Shown: positions 29,356-38,524 of the stretch, piece after piece
Layout: every line of letters begins with the position of its first letter
Numbering within the stretch: position 1 is the first letter of the stretch
Origin: an uncultured archaeon
GTDB lineage: Archaea > Asgardarchaeota > Thorarchaeia > Thorarchaeales > Thorarchaeaceae
Direction: 5' to 3'
NCBI GenBank assembly: GCA_964558645.1
Contig: CAZLEV010000004.1
Coordinates: 181,569-245,568, forward strand
Length of the DNA stretch: 64,000 nucleotides
Made by a program: the position numbers and the translations under genes
The notes under the pieces: model-generated
What the model saw: the letters and a program-made list of their open reading frames with translations, nothing else
Databases searched by the model: none
What the model was told of the DNA's origin: nothing

Positions 29356-29901
29356 TCACTTGGCAAATCTTTCGTAATAAGTTTCAATTGCACTAATTAG
29401 AACACCAACTACGCCATCGAGGTCGTATTTGGCTGTGTTCAGAACAACATCATAGATAGATGGATCTGAGATGTCAATGCCATAATACTCCTGATAACGC
29501 GCTCGTTCGCTGCCCTCACGTGTTATTGTCTCTCGTCTAGCCTCCTCGTACGGAATGTCATCGCGATCAGCAATCCGGGCAACCCGAGTTTCAAGAGGTG
29601 CTGTGAGCAGAATCTTGAGGTCCGCATTGTCACCCGCCATCCACCCTGCGAGCTGTCCGTCGAGCACAACATCGCCCTTTTGCGCTTCTCTCCGAAGCGT
29701 GTCATCAAGAAGGCGATCGATATCCTCATTCTTCTCAGCATGCCTGCTGAATTCTGCCAGGCTCATATTCCGTTCAGCAGCCAACTGCCTGAAGATATCT
29801 CCTGCTGACACCCGCCTCAGACTGAAGTGATTGGCTAGACGGTCCGCAACTGAGCTCTTACCGGTCCCGTGAAGGCCCCCAATGGTAATGACGCGGTTCA
29901 T
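29356..29901 (-). CDS. cmk: Cytidylate kinase (archaeal type)
   Basis: ITIGGLHGTGKS, SAGDIFR, RY..YYGIDI; conserved operon position. Confidence 0.94.
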   Translation of the reverse strand: MNRVITIGGLHGTGKSSVADRLANHFSLRRVSAGDIFRQLAAERNMSLAEFSRHAEKNEDIDRLLDDTLRREAQKGDVVLDGQLAGWMAGDNADLKILLTAPLETRVARIADRDDIPYEEARRETITREGSERARYQEYYGIDISDPSIYDVVLNTAKYDLDGVVGVLISAIETYYERFAK

Positions 29902-29902
29902 C

Positions 29903-30172
29903 CTAAAGATCTCTGGCCGCTCTAATTATGCCCCGGCGCATAGCCGCAGATGTTGCATATCCGCCGTAGGGCCTATTCGGTCGCTTTGATGACTTGCTCG
30001 ACTTGTAGCTCAGACTCTTCTTAGCGTTCTTTGGAAGCTGCATGGCTACACCGGAGAGGGCACATGTTCCAGAAGAACGGTAGAAGTTCCGACGGTGTAC
30101 TACTGTACGGCCTCCGGGTGTCGTTATCTTTCTGTTGGCTCTACCTTTGGTCAGGAATCCTGGACGGGGCAT
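29903..30172 (-). CDS. rpl34e: 50S ribosomal protein eL34
   Basis: MPRP, TPGGRTVVH, KRPNRPYGG. Confidence 0.93.
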   Translation of the reverse strand: MPRPGFLTKGRANRKITTPGGRTVVHRRNFYRSSGTCALSGVAMQLPKNAKKSLSYKSSKSSKRPNRPYGGYATSAAMRRGIIRAARDL

Positions 30173-30268
30173 ATCATATCACCGATTGGAGATTATCGCT
30201 TCTAGCGTCCACAGACTGCCTTTACTTTTAAGGAGAACGGTGGAGCTTGCACTACCTGAGATGGAGGC

Positions 30269-30310
30269 GAAGAGAAGTTAGAACAGAGTGGGGCTGAAGT
30301 GCCCCAGCTC
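30269..30310 (-). terminator. Hairpin + pyrimidine tract after the DUF106 gene
   Basis: Minus strand GAG(C)TGGGGC-acttca-GCCCCACTC followed by TGTTCTAACTTCTCTTC. Confidence 0.4.
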
Positions 30311-30316
30311 CGAGTT

Positions 30317-30874
30317 CTATCCTGTAAGAGACACACCCATTACACGCTGGACTATCTGGCCTAGGCCAAGGCCAACCAGCATGTAGAATGCATAGAAATA
30401 CAGACCGAATCCACCACCTACTGCCGTTCCGATGTATCCATCCAGGAACGGGAGAAGCTTCTGAACATTGAAGGGGATGACAGCAACAACTTCAGAACCA
30501 CCTGTGACGGGGTCAGTGTAGAATCCGCTCAGTAGCGAGAATATTAGCATGAAGGGTATGATGAAGAAAAGAGAGGGTTTGCACCGTGCTCCAAGCATCT
30601 CACGCTGAATTCTATCGATGTATGCTTTTCGCCTCCGCACTTTTCTGAGGAGCTTCTCATTCTGAGTCTCTTCGGCCTTCTTCGTCATCTCTTGATACTG
30701 CTTGATTTCTGTCTGGTATCTCTTCAGACGGCGCATATCAGAGAACCGCTTCATAGCCAAGTTACTGAGACTTGTCACAAAGAGGGATGTGGCCACGATG
30801 AGTATACCCGACATCGGAGGCTCATGAAAGGTCGCATAGAACCAATTGGTCAGAATCACTAGTATGTCTTGCAT
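30317..30874 (-). CDS. DUF106 / EMC3-TMCO1-Get1 (Oxa1 superfamily) membrane insertase
   Basis: TM1, coiled coil, KPSLFFIIPF, further TMs; canonical position after adk. Confidence 0.88.
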   Translation of the reverse strand: MQDILVILTNWFYATFHEPPMSGILIVATSLFVTSLSNLAMKRFSDMRRLKRYQTEIKQYQEMTKKAEETQNEKLLRKVRRRKAYIDRIQREMLGARCKPSLFFIIPFMLIFSLLSGFYTDPVTGGSEVVAVIPFNVQKLLPFLDGYIGTAVGGGFGLYFYAFYMLVGLGLGQIVQRVMGVSLTG

Positions 30875-30882
30875 TAGGTCAC

Positions 30883-31470
30883 CTACTCCATCAGCGTATC
30901 GTGGAGCTCAGCAGCTGCCATGTCTACTTGACCTTGACGATTCTTGATTATCCTTACGGTAGCACCAGTCAATGTTCCCACAGACACTGCTGCTGCTCGA
31001 CACATCTCTTGATGCACCTTGATGCTCTCCACTGCCTGCACATCGCGTTCGCGTGTTGGATCATCACTTCTACGAGCAGCAATGTTATCGGGGTCGGCCT
31101 CGACCAGAACCACAGTCTTAGGCGAAATAGCTCTAGAAACCCACTCAGGTAGTCCAATGAGGAAGCCATTGTTGGTCTGAATCAGCGTATGTGTGTCAAC
31201 GATGACTCTGGCCCTCTTGGCCTTCTCGGCAATGCGCTCCCCCGCAGACTTCTGAATCTCTCTTTGTTTCTCAGAAGGCATCTTCCGCATTTCGTCGCGG
31301 TCTTTGACCATATTCTTCGCGGACGCGGCCTCGAACATCTCGGTACCGAAATTCAGCACCAAGACCTCTTCGCCATATTTCTTCTTGATCATTACAACAG
31401 CTTTGTCAATCACAGTAGTCTTACCCACGCCAGGGATTCCCGTTACAATGACCACACTATTGTCGCTCAA
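30883..31470 (-). CDS. adk: Adenylate kinase (archaeal type)
   Basis: VTGIPGVGKTT, NFGTEM, RDEMRK, DTH, GLP; TTG start. Confidence 0.95.
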   Translation of the reverse strand: MSDNSVVIVTGIPGVGKTTVIDKAVVMIKKKYGEEVLVLNFGTEMFEAASAKNMVKDRDEMRKMPSEKQREIQKSAGERIAEKAKRARVIVDTHTLIQTNNGFLIGLPEWVSRAISPKTVVLVEADPDNIAARRSDDPTRERDVQAVESIKVHQEMCRAAAVSVGTLTGATVRIIKNRQGQVDMAAAELHDTLME

Positions 31471-31614
31471 TTCGTTCTCACCTTGTTCTTAGCGTCTAAT
31501 CGATGCGACGGTTTGTCATTGATATATATCATTCTGTGGATAATACGTCTATCGTTGGCTGAAAACAGATTGTGTGCATACACAAGGTCTGTAACCCAAT
31601 CAGTGCCGGTGAAC

Positions 31615-31651
31615 TGAGTGAGAGAGGGGGCGGGGCCCATACATAGGCCCC
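31615..31651 (-). terminator. Hairpin + pyrimidine tract after secY
   Basis: GGGGCC-tatgtatg-GGCCCC followed by GCCCCCTCTCTCACTC. Confidence 0.4.
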
Positions 31652-31655
31652 AAAT

Positions 31656-33155
31656 CTACAGTATTCCTAGTAAGCCTGATACTCCTTCGCCACCCATCTC
31701 TGCAAGCTGTTCTTTTGCTAGCTGCTCGTAGTATTGCTTGATAATTGACACCATGAGCAGGATACCTGTACCACTGGCAAGCGCCCCGAGAACATCAGCA
31801 AAGGCTGCAAGAACTCCGATTAGAAAACCGCCAAGTCCTGCAACAACTGGGATGTAGCGCTGAAGCAATCGCTCCAAGACCTTTTCGCTCCTTCTGAATC
31901 CAGGAACAATATATCCTGAGCCTAGCAGCTGGCGAGATACATCGCGTGGAGCAATGCCGCTTATCTCAACCCAGATAGTGCTGAATCCCCAGCATAACAG
32001 GATCATGAATCCGGCATAGAATAGCACATGTAGTATACCATCCGGTTGGGTGAATACCATGAGGCCCTGAGGCGGTGTGATATACCGCGATAGGCCTGCG
32101 GTGGCCACCATCTGTGTACTGCCCTCCTGTTGCTCAAAGACCCCGATCCAGCTGAGGAACGGGTTGGTCCCATCTTGATTAAAGTTGGTAAAGATGATCT
32201 GTGCAAAGAATAGGATGTTTGCAAAGAGAGCCTGTGCAAGGATGACAGGTATATTAGAAGTGTAGAGCAGTTTGATAGGATACCTAGCCTTCATTCCTCG
32301 GTATCGTGCGTACTGTAGCGGTACTTCGACTCTCACACTCTCCATCCACAAAACACCGAAGAGGATTCCAATGGTGACCAGCAGTGCAAAAATGCTTGGA
32401 TTATACCCGTCTCTGAAGAACAGCCAAGTGAAATCTACAGGAGGATACACCTCGCTGCCTACACCGAATACTCGCAGGATGTTGGAGATAAGAGCTGCTA
32501 TGATACCCTTCGGCAGGCCAGTCCCATCCTCCGGGTAGCCTGTTGGTGCCACAGCTTCTGTGTTGAGAGTGTCAAGAGAGTTGAAGATTACTTGTCCGGC
32601 AACATTGGTCATGATAAACAAGGACACACCGGACCCAAGACCCCATCCCTTCTGGATGAGCTCGTCCATGAGAATGACGACGATTCCAGAAACAAAGAGC
32701 TGCAGAAACACTATGACCTCTTGAGTGGGTTGGAGCTCACCATATGCTCCTCCCACGAGGTAGGCAAAGGCCTGAAAGCCAGTCATCAACATTGCAAGTA
32801 CTTTCTGGCCACCCGTGAATAGGGCTCGGTCTTCAGGGTCGCTATAGTCAACATCGATTATCTTCGAACCTGAGAGGAGCTGCATTACAAGTCCTGCAGT
32901 GACAATTGGTCCTATTCCAAGCTCCATCAGTGTTCCACGTGTACTGGCTAGAATGACTCGCATGGCCCACAGATAGTCGGTCCCGACGTCTTTGTTGACT
33001 CCATACAGAGGCATATGGCTCATAACAAGGAAGATTATGAGAACAACGATGGTCCATACAGCCTTCTCACGGAACGAAACCTCTCTATCTGGCGCCTTTA
33101 CCTCGGGCATTATACGAACCGCCGGGCTCAGGATTCGAAGAAACGTCGATGGCAT
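31656..33155 (-). CDS. secY: Preprotein translocase SecY/Sec61alpha
   Basis: GTLMELGIGPIVTAG, KGWGLGSGVSLFI, YPIKLLYTSNIPVIL, GTGILL. Confidence 0.98.
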   Translation of the reverse strand: MPSTFLRILSPAVRIMPEVKAPDREVSFREKAVWTIVVLIIFLVMSHMPLYGVNKDVGTDYLWAMRVILASTRGTLMELGIGPIVTAGLVMQLLSGSKIIDVDYSDPEDRALFTGGQKVLAMLMTGFQAFAYLVGGAYGELQPTQEVIVFLQLFVSGIVVILMDELIQKGWGLGSGVSLFIMTNVAGQVIFNSLDTLNTEAVAPTGYPEDGTGLPKGIIAALISNILRVFGVGSEVYPPVDFTWLFFRDGYNPSIFALLVTIGILFGVLWMESVRVEVPLQYARYRGMKARYPIKLLYTSNIPVILAQALFANILFFAQIIFTNFNQDGTNPFLSWIGVFEQQEGSTQMVATAGLSRYITPPQGLMVFTQPDGILHVLFYAGFMILLCWGFSTIWVEISGIAPRDVSRQLLGSGYIVPGFRRSEKVLERLLQRYIPVVAGLGGFLIGVLAAFADVLGALASGTGILLMVSIIKQYYEQLAKEQLAEMGGEGVSGLLGIL

Positions 33156-33507
33156 ACCTCAAAGTCTCCTGCAGGGTTGCTTTTTGGCTTCGAGTTGATG
33201 TATGCCTTTAAAGCTAGTGGTCTATTATAGCGATACAGCGCTAACAAGCAGGTTGCATAGAGAAGACTAGTTCTATTCACTATGAGGTGGATAATAAAGG
33301 ACACCGGGGTGACATACATCGATCAAGTGAATCCACGAAGAGAGGAATGTTTCCTGTTGAGCTCATGTTTATTCTACCATACTGAGCTAGAGAATGGCTT
33401 GTTAGTTCTCTTGGATTGTTGTCTTGGAATCTTCAGGCTGCACGAAGCCGCCCGGGACCAATCACCCCAATTCCAATACTATCTACGATTGATATGAAAT
33501 CAAGATC

Positions 33508-33538
33508 AAAAGAAATAGAAAGAGGGGCAATGCCCTCT
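33508..33538 (-). terminator. Hairpin + T-rich tract ending the L22-L15 operon
   Basis: AGAGGGC-att-GCC(C)CTCT followed by TTCTATTTCTTTT, a few nt after the rpl15 stop. Confidence 0.6.
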
Positions 33539-33543
33539 AGTAT

Positions 33544-34005
33544 TCACGTTGACTCTTCTGCTTGTAGGTCAATTGTACCGCCAACATCGAGAATCTTCTG
33601 CTTTGCTCGTGTACTGAGTTTCTCTGCACCCCTTAGGTCTATCTTCTTGGTGACCTGTCCCGATCCCAAGACTTTCTCGACACCTAGCTTTGATACATCA
33701 ATGATGTAACGTTTGCCATTTTTCTCAGCGATGCCTCTCTCGACGTATTTATCGGCCATAGCATCAATCTCACCGATATTCAGGACTGTGGTTTCTTCAA
33801 CGACTCTCTGTGGACGCTTGAAACCCCATTTCCCGAAATAGCGAGGGTCTTCTGTCACTGTCTTGATGTAATGATGCTTTTTGGTGCCGGCATTGCCTTT
33901 ACCACCCCTCTGTCCAGATGCTCTGTGGCCTGCACTGAAACCATAACCTGCAGCTCTGCGGCCGCGCATCTTGTTAATCTTCTTCGATTTTCTCTTTCGT
34001 GTCAT
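33544..34005 (-). CDS. rpl15: 50S ribosomal protein uL15
   Basis: RGGKGNAG..KHH, YFGKWGF, KVLGSG. Confidence 0.96.
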   Translation of the reverse strand: MTRKRKSKKINKMRGRRAAGYGFSAGHRASGQRGGKGNAGTKKHHYIKTVTEDPRYFGKWGFKRPQRVVEETTVLNIGEIDAMADKYVERGIAEKNGKRYIIDVSKLGVEKVLGSGQVTKKIDLRGAEKLSTRAKQKILDVGGTIDLQAEEST

Positions 34006-34023
34006 CCTCAGCTACTCCTTTGA

Positions 34024-34572
34024 TCATGATTTCTTGAGCCGGACTTCTAGAACCCCATTCCGGATGGAGGAGCTTGCGTCCCCCTTCTTGACATCGACGG
34101 GCAACTGAATTTCTTTGTGATACGGTCTCTGAGGGTTATCTGTATGAATTGTCAGTGTCTTACCCCTGACCTTGACGCTGATCTCGTCGCTCCCGACACC
34201 AGGCACTTCAGCGACTACAACAACCTCATCATCCTCCTCTAAGATGTCCACAAGTGGTTCTATTGTGCCCTGCGGACCGGTTCGCTCGTCCTCAGGAAGA
34301 GCGTTTCCAAATCTTTGAATGACTGGTTTTCCATCAGGTCCTATGCGTACTGAGAACCCCATTACAAATGGATTAGTAGCGTTAGGTGAACGCATGAACT
34401 CCTCAAGCTCTTTCCTGTCGAACATGGGACCTTGTTCCATGTTTCTAACCATACGTTCCATCATCTCCTCCATCTGCCTGAACATATCGTCTGAGAAGAA
34501 AGAGCCAAACCACTTTCGGAATATCTTCCGAGGGTCGTCACGTTCATCATCATTGGGATCGCGCCAAGTCAT
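34024..34572 (-). CDS. hsp20: Small heat-shock protein (Hsp20) within the ribosomal operon
   Basis: PFVMGFSVRIGPDGKPVIQRFGN, EPLVDI, VVAEVPGV, NGVLEVRL. Confidence 0.93.
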   Translation of the reverse strand: MTWRDPNDDERDDPRKIFRKWFGSFFSDDMFRQMEEMMERMVRNMEQGPMFDRKELEEFMRSPNATNPFVMGFSVRIGPDGKPVIQRFGNALPEDERTGPQGTIEPLVDILEEDDEVVVVAEVPGVGSDEISVKVRGKTLTIHTDNPQRPYHKEIQLPVDVKKGDASSSIRNGVLEVRLKKS

Positions 34573-34584
34573 TGTCTTGCACCT

Positions 34585-35070
34585 CTATATCATCTTCATA
34601 GCCAATTCACTTATGGCTTCTCCACGATAGCCAGTCGAGCCGCCCACCTCAAAAGATAGGGCAGTCTTGCCGTCATATCCTCCAGAGGGGGGAGTCAGCC
34701 GAAAGATTGGCTTGACACCTTCAACTGCATACAGGTCTGCCTCTCCAGCCGCAATCGCCTTTGCGAAGGCCTTGATTGATTTGTACTTGGAGTGCTCCTT
34801 AATGTATTCGTCAGTAAGTCGACGGTTGCCTGAGAGCCTACCTCGTTTCTCTAGCAGTTTGACAACTGTTTCTTCGTCAACTTCGCCCCACGTCAGATAG
34901 TCCTTTACCTTGGTGATCATTCCGCGGACACTCGGAGTCATTCTCAGTATCCTGGCATGATGTAACTTGCCAAGCTTGAGTTTATCCAAGGTATACTTGA
35001 TCTGAGGACGAACTCGCACCTGACCTCTGACCCGGATGGCTAGAACAACTGGACGGTCTTCATCGTTCAT
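34585..35070 (-). CDS. rpl30: 50S ribosomal protein uL30
   Basis: AIRVRG, KVKDYLTWGE, FRLTPPSGG. Confidence 0.96.
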   Translation of the reverse strand: MNDEDRPVVLAIRVRGQVRVRPQIKYTLDKLKLGKLHHARILRMTPSVRGMITKVKDYLTWGEVDEETVVKLLEKRGRLSGNRRLTDEYIKEHSKYKSIKAFAKAIAAGEADLYAVEGVKPIFRLTPPSGGYDGKTALSFEVGGSTGYRGEAISELAMKMI

Positions 35071-35738
35071 TGATCATACGCTCCTGTAATAGCCCATTCC
35101 TGAGGGGGCAACATGTGGTATGTCTTGGTCAAGGCATCAACGAAGGCCTTTGCAAAATTCGAAGAGGATCGCGACCGACCCTTTGTTATGGACCATACAT
35201 CATGTAAGCCGGCAATCCGAAGCACAATCTTCCCGACATCTGCTGTTACAAGCCCTGTGCCTTTGGGGGCGGGTCTGAGAGTCACCTTCACTGATCCAGA
35301 ACGACCCACCACCTCGAAGGGAACACTATGTGGTTCATCACATCGGCATTCCCAAGAGCCACATCCTCTACGAAAGAGGGTGATGTTCATCTTGGCTCGG
35401 GTCTCGGCAGCCCGGATTGCGGGCACAAACTCGGGAGCCTTACCCATACCTAGGCCAATAATGCCCTCCCCGTTACCAACAACAACGGTGATTCTGAAAC
35501 TCCTCTGTTGGCCACTATCTGATTGTCGTTGAACAAGGGTAACATCCACAGCCTCCTGCCGAAGATCAGGAAACAACACATCCACAATCTCAGACTCTCG
35601 GATGGTGTAGTTGTTCTCAATTATCTCTTCTATGCTGTTGATATGTCCTTCCTTCACCAGCATCCCCAAATTTGTCTTGGGTTCCCAGTCTTGGACGGGG
35701 TCATGGTCGCTACGGGGTTGTCTACGTTTTCTGCTCAT
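35067..35738 (-). CDS. rps5: 30S ribosomal protein uS5
   Basis: WEPKTNLG, RRGCGSWEC, PAPKGTGL. Confidence 0.97.
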   Translation of the reverse strand: MSRKRRQPRSDHDPVQDWEPKTNLGMLVKEGHINSIEEIIENNYTIRESEIVDVLFPDLRQEAVDVTLVQRQSDSGQQRSFRITVVVGNGEGIIGLGMGKAPEFVPAIRAAETRAKMNITLFRRGCGSWECRCDEPHSVPFEVVGRSGSVKVTLRPAPKGTGLVTADVGKIVLRIAGLHDVWSITKGRSRSSSNFAKAFVDALTKTYHMLPPQEWAITGAYDQ

Positions 35739-35751
35739 CTTGATTCATCCC

Positions 35752-36513
35752 CTATTTCTTGCGTTTCCTGCCCTTCTTACCCTTGCCACGAGACAATAGC
35801 TTCTTTGGCTTGGCTTCTGTGGGCTTAGCTCGCGGAGCCTTTGCCTTCTTCTCCTTTTTGGGTTTCTTCTCTCCTTTGGGCTTTGAAGGCTTCGTTTCCT
35901 TCGGGGTCTTCTTCTTCTTTTTCTTCAGTTCTGATGCGGGAATATTCAGTATCGCATCCCGAACAGCATCAAACTTCTTTGGAATGGTTGTTATGTTTGT
36001 CTTTCGTGAACCAACATCATTGAAAACTGGATTCTCAGACGCATCAGAGAAGTGCTCAAAAGCTTCGACAATATGCTCACCTCGAATCCTTTCTTCTGAT
36101 GGAAGAACCTCCGGGTCGTGTGCTACGTGAACGTCGGCGTCGAGAACACCATTGAGGGCCGCATATATCTTCGAGCCACGAATTGGAGGATGAAGTCCAA
36201 CATCTAGTATGGCTTCATCAATCCCGCGGCTCTTTGCACGTCGTCCAGCTAACAGACCAGTCAGATAGGAGGCGGGCATATTTGCCGTTCCTGCCACCCA
36301 GCCATGATCAGTGAGCTCGCCCGAAACAGCTGTAGCTATGGTTTCGTCCCCGATTGTCTTCGCAACAACAAACTGCACAATGGTTGTGTTATTGGTTTTT
36401 CGCACCACGAGACGGGGCTTTCTCGACAATAACAACCTGCGGCGACGATAGTAGTTAGTCTTACCCTCTCGCCGTCTTCTAAACTTGACCCTGTATGTGG
36501 GACCGCGTGCCAT
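35752..36513 (-). CDS. rpl18: 50S ribosomal protein uL18 with a Lys/Pro-rich C-terminal tail
   Basis: MARGPTYRVKFRRRREGKTNY, ASYLTGLLAG. Confidence 0.97.
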   Translation of the reverse strand: MARGPTYRVKFRRRREGKTNYYRRRRLLLSRKPRLVVRKTNNTTIVQFVVAKTIGDETIATAVSGELTDHGWVAGTANMPASYLTGLLAGRRAKSRGIDEAILDVGLHPPIRGSKIYAALNGVLDADVHVAHDPEVLPSEERIRGEHIVEAFEHFSDASENPVFNDVGSRKTNITTIPKKFDAVRDAILNIPASELKKKKKKTPKETKPSKPKGEKKPKKEKKAKAPRAKPTEAKPKKLLSRGKGKKGRKRKK

Positions 36514-36518
36514 TATCT

Positions 36519-36965
36519 TCATTCCTCCAGATTTCGCTCTGATATGTACGTCCTCAGGTGAGCGGTGTTTCTGAAGACATTGCCCTTTGCTTTCATATAC
36601 AAGTCACGATAGACGCCGGGCGATATTGTTCCTTCATCTCGAAGCCTCTTCAATTCACGTCGGATTGGTCGTATCTTCCGCATCCAACGATCCTTACCAG
36701 ACAGCTTTGATGTTGCATGGCCCTTCTTTCGTCCGGGACCACTTCTTCGGCCTTTTCGGCGCTGTTTCATAGCGTGTCTTGCTCTGCCGCGGCTCACTCC
36801 GCGCTTCTGTTTCTTCTGGATTACCCCTTCGTCAATGAGCCTGCGAATATCATCCTTGGTTATTGCGAGAGAAACTTCATCTTGAAAGTCAGAATCAATC
36901 CATACTCGCGATAGGCCAACTTTCATCACTTCAGCAGCCAATCGTTTCTGAGCAGTAAGCTTCAT
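36519..36965 (-). CDS. rpl19e: 50S ribosomal protein eL19
   Basis: QKRLAA..KVG..RVWID, GPGRKKG, LYMKAKG; start MKLTAQ at 36965. Confidence 0.97.
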   Translation of the reverse strand: MKLTAQKRLAAEVMKVGLSRVWIDSDFQDEVSLAITKDDIRRLIDEGVIQKKQKRGVSRGRARHAMKQRRKGRRSGPGRKKGHATSKLSGKDRWMRKIRPIRRELKRLRDEGTISPGVYRDLYMKAKGNVFRNTAHLRTYISERNLEE

Positions 36966-36966
36966 T

Positions 36967-37935
36967 CTAGTCAACCTCCAGTTCATCCATGACATCAAGC
37001 TCAGTGAAGAGGTCCTCTTCCAGGAGATCTTCTGGTGCACCCGGATTGAGTACTCTAAGCATCATTGTGTCGGCTTTCTTAATGATGGCCTGTTTCTTCC
37101 GCATCCCGACAGTTCCGCCGATACGCACCGCATGCACATCAGGGTCGAGCCCGTCCAAATCCGCAGGGCGATAAACCAGTACTTCCTCCAAGTTCGACGG
37201 ATGCAAGCCTCTGACAGCCTTTGGAGTACGATAACCAGTGCTGACCATTGCTGGTCTGCCTCTCCTCTTCTCACGTACCGCACTATCGATGCCTCGTACC
37301 TTTCTCCATGAGTCCTTAACACGCTTCCATCTGTGTGAGTGTACATTTCTGAAAGCAGGTTTTCGGCGTTTCTTCTCACGAGCAAGTCTAACAAGACGGG
37401 GGTCAACTCGATGCTCAGATGGTTTCTGTTTGGGCGTTTCCTTGGCCCGCTTTGCCTTTTTGGCAGGCTTCTTTGGCGCTGGTTTCTCTTTCGCTTCTCT
37501 CGCGGGCGGCTTCTCCGCAGCAGGCGCCTTAGACATCTTCTTTGCTGCCTTCACAATCTTCTCGGCTGTGGTCTCGCCGACTCCATCTACCTTCTCGGCC
37601 AGTTCAGAGGGATCAGTCTCTGCAATCTTGCTTAGTAGCTTATAACCAGCCTTGACTAGCTCCTGGCGAGTCTTGTCACCCACTCCCGGTAGTTTCTCAA
37701 GTGACGCATCTTTGACTAGCTCCATGGCCGCATCAATCATCTTTTCGGCTGTGACATCACCTACTCCGTCTACTCCCTCAGCCAGTTTAGAGGGATCAGC
37801 CTCTGCTATTGCACGGACGGATTTGTAGCCGGCTTTGACGAGCTCTTGGCGAGTCTTGTCACCCACTCCCGGTAGTTCCTCAAGTGGAATGTCAAGTGAA
37901 TTCCCTGCCGCTGTTTTCTTCGATTTCTTCGACAT
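36967..37935 (-). CDS. rpl32e: 50S ribosomal protein eL32 fused to two N-terminal HhH modules
   Basis: C-terminal WRKVRGIDS...GLHPS...RVLNP; N-terminal LPGVGDKTRQELVKAGYK...VDGVG..TAEK twice. Confidence 0.94.
   Translation of the reverse strand: MSKKSKKTAAGNSLDIPLEELPGVGDKTRQELVKAGYKSVRAIAEADPSKLAEGVDGVGDVTAEKMIDAAMELVKDASLEKLPGVGDKTRQELVKAGYKLLSKIAETDPSELAEKVDGVGETTAEKIVKAAKKMSKAPAAEKPPAREAKEKPAPKKPAKKAKRAKETPKQKPSEHRVDPRLVRLAREKKRRKPAFRNVHSHRWKRVKDSWRKVRGIDSAVREKRRGRPAMVSTGYRTPKAVRGLHPSNLEEVLVYRPADLDGLDPDVHAVRIGGTVGMRKKQAIIKKADTMMLRVLNPGAPEDLLEEDLFTELDVMDELEVD
37664..37877. repeat. Intragenic direct repeat, 183-nt period, in rpl32e
   Basis: 31-nt identical core TGGCGAGTCTTGTCACCCACTCCCGGTAGTT at 37664..37694 and 37847..37877. 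Confidence 0.9.
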
Positions 37936-37946
37936 TCTGTTGCCTC

Positions 37947-38513
37947 CTAGACAATCGATTTCACATGTTCGCCTTTGCGTTTCTTGATGACGTATATTCC
38001 GTCAAGGAATATTCGACGATCTTTGTCAGGGATGTTACAGGCCAGTTGTATATTGGCTGCAGTCTGAGACACGTTTTCGATGTCTATCCCATCGATTATC
38101 ACTTCGTCCTCCTGGGCCTTGACATCCACGTCACCCATAATCCGAGCCTTTCTCGTTCCTCGCTCCCCGATGAAGTTCTTGATCCATACCTCATCGCCAT
38201 GAATCTCGACATTGATTGGGAAGTGTGAATATACCACTTTCATCTCGTAGGTATACCCGTGCACTACTCCAACAATCATATTTCGTACATGAGCAACCAC
38301 TGTTCCGACCAGAGCCTTGGTGTGTTTTCTTGCGATGGGGGTTCCTGCAACTAACTCGTTACCTTCCAAGTCAATGACAGTCTGTGGTTCAGAAAATCTT
38401 CTTTCAAGTGTCCCCTTGGGGCCGCTGACCTTGACGGTCTTCCCATCTACCTCTACTTGAACTTCATCCGGAATCTCTATCCGTTGTTCATACAGTGAGT
38501 CTGTTTTGGACAT
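37947..38513 (-). CDS. rpl6: 50S ribosomal protein uL6
   Basis: GPKGTL, VYSHFPI, NFIGER, DRRIFLDGIY. Confidence 0.97.
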   Translation of the reverse strand: MSKTDSLYEQRIEIPDEVQVEVDGKTVKVSGPKGTLERRFSEPQTVIDLEGNELVAGTPIARKHTKALVGTVVAHVRNMIVGVVHGYTYEMKVVYSHFPINVEIHGDEVWIKNFIGERGTRKARIMGDVDVKAQEDEVIIDGIDIENVSQTAANIQLACNIPDKDRRIFLDGIYVIKKRKGEHVKSIV

Positions 38514-38524
38514 CTTGTAACCTC

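Noticed and set aside
37664-37877. 31-nt direct repeat as CRISPR or mobile-element ends
   Set aside because: Only two copies, in frame, within a duplicated protein domain; no cas or transposase genes.
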